Source: Nanohaloarchaea archaeon B1-Br10_U2g1
Lineage (GTDB): Archaea; Nanohalarchaeota; Nanosalinia; Nanosalinales; Nanosalinaceae
Reading direction: 5' to 3'
Assembly (NCBI GenBank): GCA_001563875.1
Contig: LKMN01000013.1
Location: forward strand, 1-19,502
Length of the DNA stretch: 19,502 bases
This document shows positions 15,758 through 19,502 of the stretch, in pieces (the stretch's first letter is position 1; each line of letters begins with the position of its first letter). The notes under the pieces were generated by a model, which ran no database searches, had not been told where the DNA came from, and saw only the letters and a program-made list of their open reading frames with translations. The position numbers and the translations under genes were made by a program.

Positions 15758-18082
15758 ATGTCTATGTCTTCCAAACCAGAACTCAAGATAGATCAGAGAC
15801 TTGGAAAAGTCGGAGAGTACTCCGCATCAAACCCGTTAAAAGTTATAGCCGCAACCGTACTAATTCTAGCGGTAGCCGGTCTAGGAGCCTCACAGATCCA
15901 GATGAATATGGGGATGGAGCTGTATATAGATGACAACTCACAGGTCAACCAGGACTGGCAGGAGCTGCAGAAAGACTTCAACAAGGGAAACGTAGTATTC
16001 GTGGTTCTTGAGTCAGAAGAGGACTACAATATCTACAGTCCTGAGAACATGAAGATACTGGAGTCGGTATACCAGGATCTTTACGAAGAGGTCGAGTCCG
16101 CAGGACTTGTAACAAGTATGGCACATCCTGTCAAGGCCGGGCCCGGAGGCGGAGAGATACCTGAGACAAGTGAAGACGTGAAACATTCTCTGACCGCGAC
16201 ACAGCAGGCGCACTACATGAACGAGAACGTTATCAAGAACCTTCATCCGGATATGTATGAAGAGAACAGCACCGCCGTAATAATGGTTCAGTACGGAGAC
16301 GTTGAAGTAGCTGAGGACGACAGACTTCTAGGCCTCTTACCGGTTTCAGAGGAAGAAGTTGTAGAGAGACAGGTAAGGGACGTACTTGAGAGAAACGATC
16401 TGCCTGAGGAGCTTGATGTTACTGTTACGGGAGACCCTGTCTTCGAGGACGCAGCGTTTGGAATGATGCTTCCCGAGATGATAAAGCTGTTCTCCGCCGC
16501 ATTTCTTGTGATACTTACAACGGTCTTCTTCGTGATGAGAGGAAGACTTGGAAGAACCAGAAACGTCTTACTTCCCCTGACCTCTTCACTGGCCGCTCTA
16601 GTGCTGATGATGGGTTTCATGGGTTTCCTAGGCTTCAACTTCAACGCGATTATGCTCGGTGTGCTTCCTATCGCACTGGGACTGAGTATCGACTACGGCC
16701 TACAGATACAGACAAGGTACACAGAAGAACGCGGTAAAGGCAGAGACCAGGTTGAAGCAGGAAGTATAGCAGCAAAGAACACCGGTAAAGCACTGGCTAT
16801 AGCGATGACAACTACGGCTATAGGACTGGGAGCCTTACTTATCTCAGATGTACCGCCTACAAGACAGTTCGGAGCCACCTCTATCTCCGCTATCGCAGGA
16901 GCTATGGTTTTATCCGTTACTTTCCTAGTTGCTCTGCTTGTACTTTTCGATAGAGGAAACAATTCTAAGAAAGGTCAGGGACTGGAGAACCAGGTAAAAA
17001 TCTTTACAGGAAAGATTCTGGAACATAAGGAGAAAGTTCTAGGTATTGGACTGATCGCTGTACTTCTCGGAGGTTTAGCGGCTCCATACGTAGATACAAC
17101 GGATGATATGCTTGACTACTGGCCTCAGATCCAGGAGAGACATGATATCACAGATCTGGAGGAAAGTGTGGCTAGCCCGAACATAATGTACGTTATCGTT
17201 GAGGACGAGGACGTCTACAGTCCTGAAAGCTTTAGGGAGATAGGACGGTTCCAGAACATGACCGAGGAACACGAGAACATTGTGACGACTGTGAGCGCCG
17301 TCAAGGCCACGGAAGCTACCAACAACGACTGGCTGCCAGAGACACAGGAAGAGCTTGATGAACAGATGGAGATAAGAGCCGGTGTTGACCGTCCGCCAAC
17401 GGTTTCACAGCCTGTTGAGAACCATCCTGACCGTCTGCTAATACAGGTGTTTGTAGAGGATATATCCGGAGAGACTGAAAGAGAGGTTATCGACTATATC
17501 GAGTCGGAAGCCCAGAGCCTTGAACAGGATACACGTGTAACAGGAAAGCTTGTGGTGAACAGAAATGTTATAGAGAACGTTACCTCAGGTCTTGGACCTA
17601 TGACAGGTCTAAGCTTCGGTCTCGGACTGCTGTTCCTGACGGTGGCGTTGAGATCGGTTAAGGAGTCAGCAGTACTTATAGGCTCTGTAGCGGTTTCAGC
17701 AGTTCTAATGCTTACAGGTGCAATGTATCTGTTCGGGATTCCCTGGAACCCTTTAACGGTGACGGTAGCCGCTATAGTACTTGGTATAGGAATCGACTAC
17801 GGGGTACATGTGAACGAACGGTACAAGGAAGAGCTCGGACAGAAAGACAGTTTAGAGGCGATGAAGACCGCGGTAGCTCAGAAATCCCGGCCGATACTTG
17901 GATCCGGACTGACAACGCTTCTAGGATTCGGTGTGCTCGTGGTGTCGGACTTCCCGGTGCTTGCAAACTTCGGGTACGCTGTAGTCTTCGCGATGACGTT
18001 CGCTTTAGTAGCGACTTTCGTGCTGCTGCCGGTAGCCGTCCTAACCGTAGAAAGGTTAGAGGGGAGGCTGAAGACGTTGTAA
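15758..18082 (+). CDS. MMPL/RND-family transporter (archaeal HAE3 type)
   Basis: Two-fold 1+5 TM architecture with two extracytoplasmic loops; LGLSIDYGLQIQTRY and LGIGIDYGVHVNERY motifs; VTG motifs before TM2 and TM8. Confidence 0.94.
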   Translation: MSMSSKPELKIDQRLGKVGEYSASNPLKVIAATVLILAVAGLGASQIQMNMGMELYIDDNSQVNQDWQELQKDFNKGNVVFVVLESEEDYNIYSPENMKILESVYQDLYEEVESAGLVTSMAHPVKAGPGGGEIPETSEDVKHSLTATQQAHYMNENVIKNLHPDMYEENSTAVIMVQYGDVEVAEDDRLLGLLPVSEEEVVERQVRDVLERNDLPEELDVTVTGDPVFEDAAFGMMLPEMIKLFSAAFLVILTTVFFVMRGRLGRTRNVLLPLTSSLAALVLMMGFMGFLGFNFNAIMLGVLPIALGLSIDYGLQIQTRYTEERGKGRDQVEAGSIAAKNTGKALAIAMTTTAIGLGALLISDVPPTRQFGATSISAIAGAMVLSVTFLVALLVLFDRGNNSKKGQGLENQVKIFTGKILEHKEKVLGIGLIAVLLGGLAAPYVDTTDDMLDYWPQIQERHDITDLEESVASPNIMYVIVEDEDVYSPESFREIGRFQNMTEEHENIVTTVSAVKATEATNNDWLPETQEELDEQMEIRAGVDRPPTVSQPVENHPDRLLIQVFVEDISGETEREVIDYIESEAQSLEQDTRVTGKLVVNRNVIENVTSGLGPMTGLSFGLGLLFLTVALRSVKESAVLIGSVAVSAVLMLTGAMYLFGIPWNPLTVTVAAIVLGIGIDYGVHVNERYKEELGQKDSLEAMKTAVAQKSRPILGSGLTTLLGFGVLVVSDFPVLANFGYAVVFAMTFALVATFVLLPVAVLTVERLEGRLKTL

Positions 18083-18145
18083 ACCTTCTACCCTTCCTTT
18101 AACCGGTTACGTTATATTATTTGAGACGTAATTAAACCGTGTTAG

Positions 18146-18913
18146 ATGTCAAAAGCAGACTCTGAAGACACATCCACAGACCTTGAAAAGATAGTTCCCT
18201 GGACAGAAGACTTCAACCAGGATGAGCTTGCCTTACTCCAAGAAAGGCTGGGAGACGAGTTCGGTATAGAGTTCGACGAACTTGACTACGACCTTAAAGG
18301 CGCATCGGAGCTCGAACTAAAACCTTTCTACACCGGAGTCAACGAGACATTTGAGATCTACGGATCACCGTTAACACTTCATTTCAAAGACTCAGATATA
18401 GGCTACGAACTAGAGTACTGGAGCGACGACCTGGAAGTGCTTGGAGAGTTCTCAGACTGGCTGAAACCCGGAGAAGAGGAAAACGACGTAGAGGTTATGG
18501 ACGAACCTTACAAAGTTAGAGATGTTAAGGACACCGAGCTAAAAACAATTATAGAAAGTCTGGAGGAGAAAACCGTTTTAACAGATCCTGTAGAACGTCC
18601 CGGGAAAGGCCAGGTAAGACGTTACCCTGTCAGAACCGAGCATCTAGACCTAGATGAAGAGGAAAGCTATACTGACAAAGCCTTCACGGTAGTTGGAGAC
18701 GGAACCTACAGAATAGAAGGACTTGCAGAAGAAGAACCAGACCTAGGATACGAACTGGAAGGAGAAATCCATATAAGACCTGTGAAAAGCGAGGACGGAA
18801 TCTACAATATAGGAATCGATGCCGAGCTTCCATCACTAGGCTACCTAGTCGACCACGTAAGAAAAGTAGATACAAGCTATGAAGACAACGGAGAAGACGT
18901 TCTTGAAACCTAG
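18146..18913 (+). CDS. Hypothetical highly acidic protein (255 aa)
   Basis: Long ATG ORF, very D/E-rich; D[IL]GYELE occurs twice. Confidence 0.8.
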   Translation: MSKADSEDTSTDLEKIVPWTEDFNQDELALLQERLGDEFGIEFDELDYDLKGASELELKPFYTGVNETFEIYGSPLTLHFKDSDIGYELEYWSDDLEVLGEFSDWLKPGEEENDVEVMDEPYKVRDVKDTELKTIIESLEEKTVLTDPVERPGKGQVRRYPVRTEHLDLDEEESYTDKAFTVVGDGTYRIEGLAEEEPDLGYELEGEIHIRPVKSEDGIYNIGIDAELPSLGYLVDHVRKVDTSYEDNGEDVLET

Positions 18914-18952
18914 AAAGAACTGGTTTAAAGCTTCCTATTCTTTTTCCCGGGT

Positions 18953-19502
18953 ATGACCAAACACGGGCCTGTAATAAGGGTAGAAGTTCCTGGAACCGAG
19001 TACAGCTCAGAGTATGCAACTCGTAACGCTGAAGCATTCATCGAACTAGGTAAAGCTGTCGCCGACACATTCAACACGGATTACAGCGAACTCAGGATTA
19101 CGGATGAAGAACATTACCTCGTGGTTGAACAGGAAGACGAACTAAGTCCTTACAGTCTAAGAGAGTTTGAACCCGGTGTGGAGTACGGAGAAGACAGCTT
19201 TGAGGAAGCTGCCTGGAAAAAAGCTTTAAGCTTGGAAGGCTTCGAAGAGATGCTTGAAAGTATAAAAGATAGCGGTGCCGAGATCCAGAAGTTTTCAAGA
19301 GCCGGAAACTACAGTCCCAGATCAGAAGAAAACAGTTCTGAAAGCCTCAGGAAAGTTCCTTCAAGCTACAGAGATGCCTCACTACCTTTAACCTCCGAAA
19401 ACAAGGATATCAATACCTTGTTCACCGCTGCACCGAACTCAGGAACCGGTTTAAACCCTTCACCGGTTGATCTAGCGGAGGCAAGAGCCAAATCAGTTGT
19501 AA
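18953..19502 (+). CDS. Hypothetical protein, 3'-truncated by the window edge (absent from ORF track)
   Basis: ATG at 18953, 23 nt after TTTAAA (18924-18929); open to the end: MTKHGPVIRVEVPGTEYSSEYATRNAEAFIELGKAV...DLAEARAKSVV. Confidence 0.8.
   Translation, partial: MTKHGPVIRVEVPGTEYSSEYATRNAEAFIELGKAVADTFNTDYSELRITDEEHYLVVEQEDELSPYSLREFEPGVEYGEDSFEEAAWKKALSLEGFEEMLESIKDSGAEIQKFSRAGNYSPRSEENSSESLRKVPSSYRDASLPLTSENKDINTLFTAAPNSGTGLNPSPVDLAEARAKSVV

Noticed and set aside
15736-17966. Short alternative-frame and antisense ORFs over the RND transporter gene
   Set aside because: Shadow ORFs of a confident CDS.
18684-19298. Minus-strand ORFs of 117 aa and 66 aa
   Set aside because: Basic, Leu/Arg-rich shadows; the plus strand carries acidic ORFs 18146..18913 and 18953..end, the latter with a well-placed TATA box.

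Overview
Compact archaeal chromosome segment with a very acidic proteome, moderate GC and mostly leaderless genes with TATA boxes about 20-27 nt upstream of the start codon. These traits fit an extreme halophile, most likely Nanohaloarchaeota (inferred from composition). Recognisable genes: a DUF59 Fe-S assembly factor, cold-shock protein, protein-only RNase P (HARP), SDR oxidoreductase, MFS transporter, a frameshifted Na+/phosphate symporter, PH+SHOCT protein, NhaP-type antiporter with TrkA domains, and a glutaredoxin/DUF2892/wHTH regulator/MMPL-RND cluster. There are also several hypothetical genes and small ORFs missed by the ORF track, including a LIM-like zinc finger. The most striking element is 4827..5774 (-): a TFB/TFIIB cyclin-fold core whose Zn-ribbon/B-reader is replaced by a multi-pass membrane domain, i.e. 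a candidate membrane-tethered general transcription factor. No tRNA, rRNA, CRISPR array or intact mobile element was seen. All family calls come from motif recognition by eye; no database search was run.
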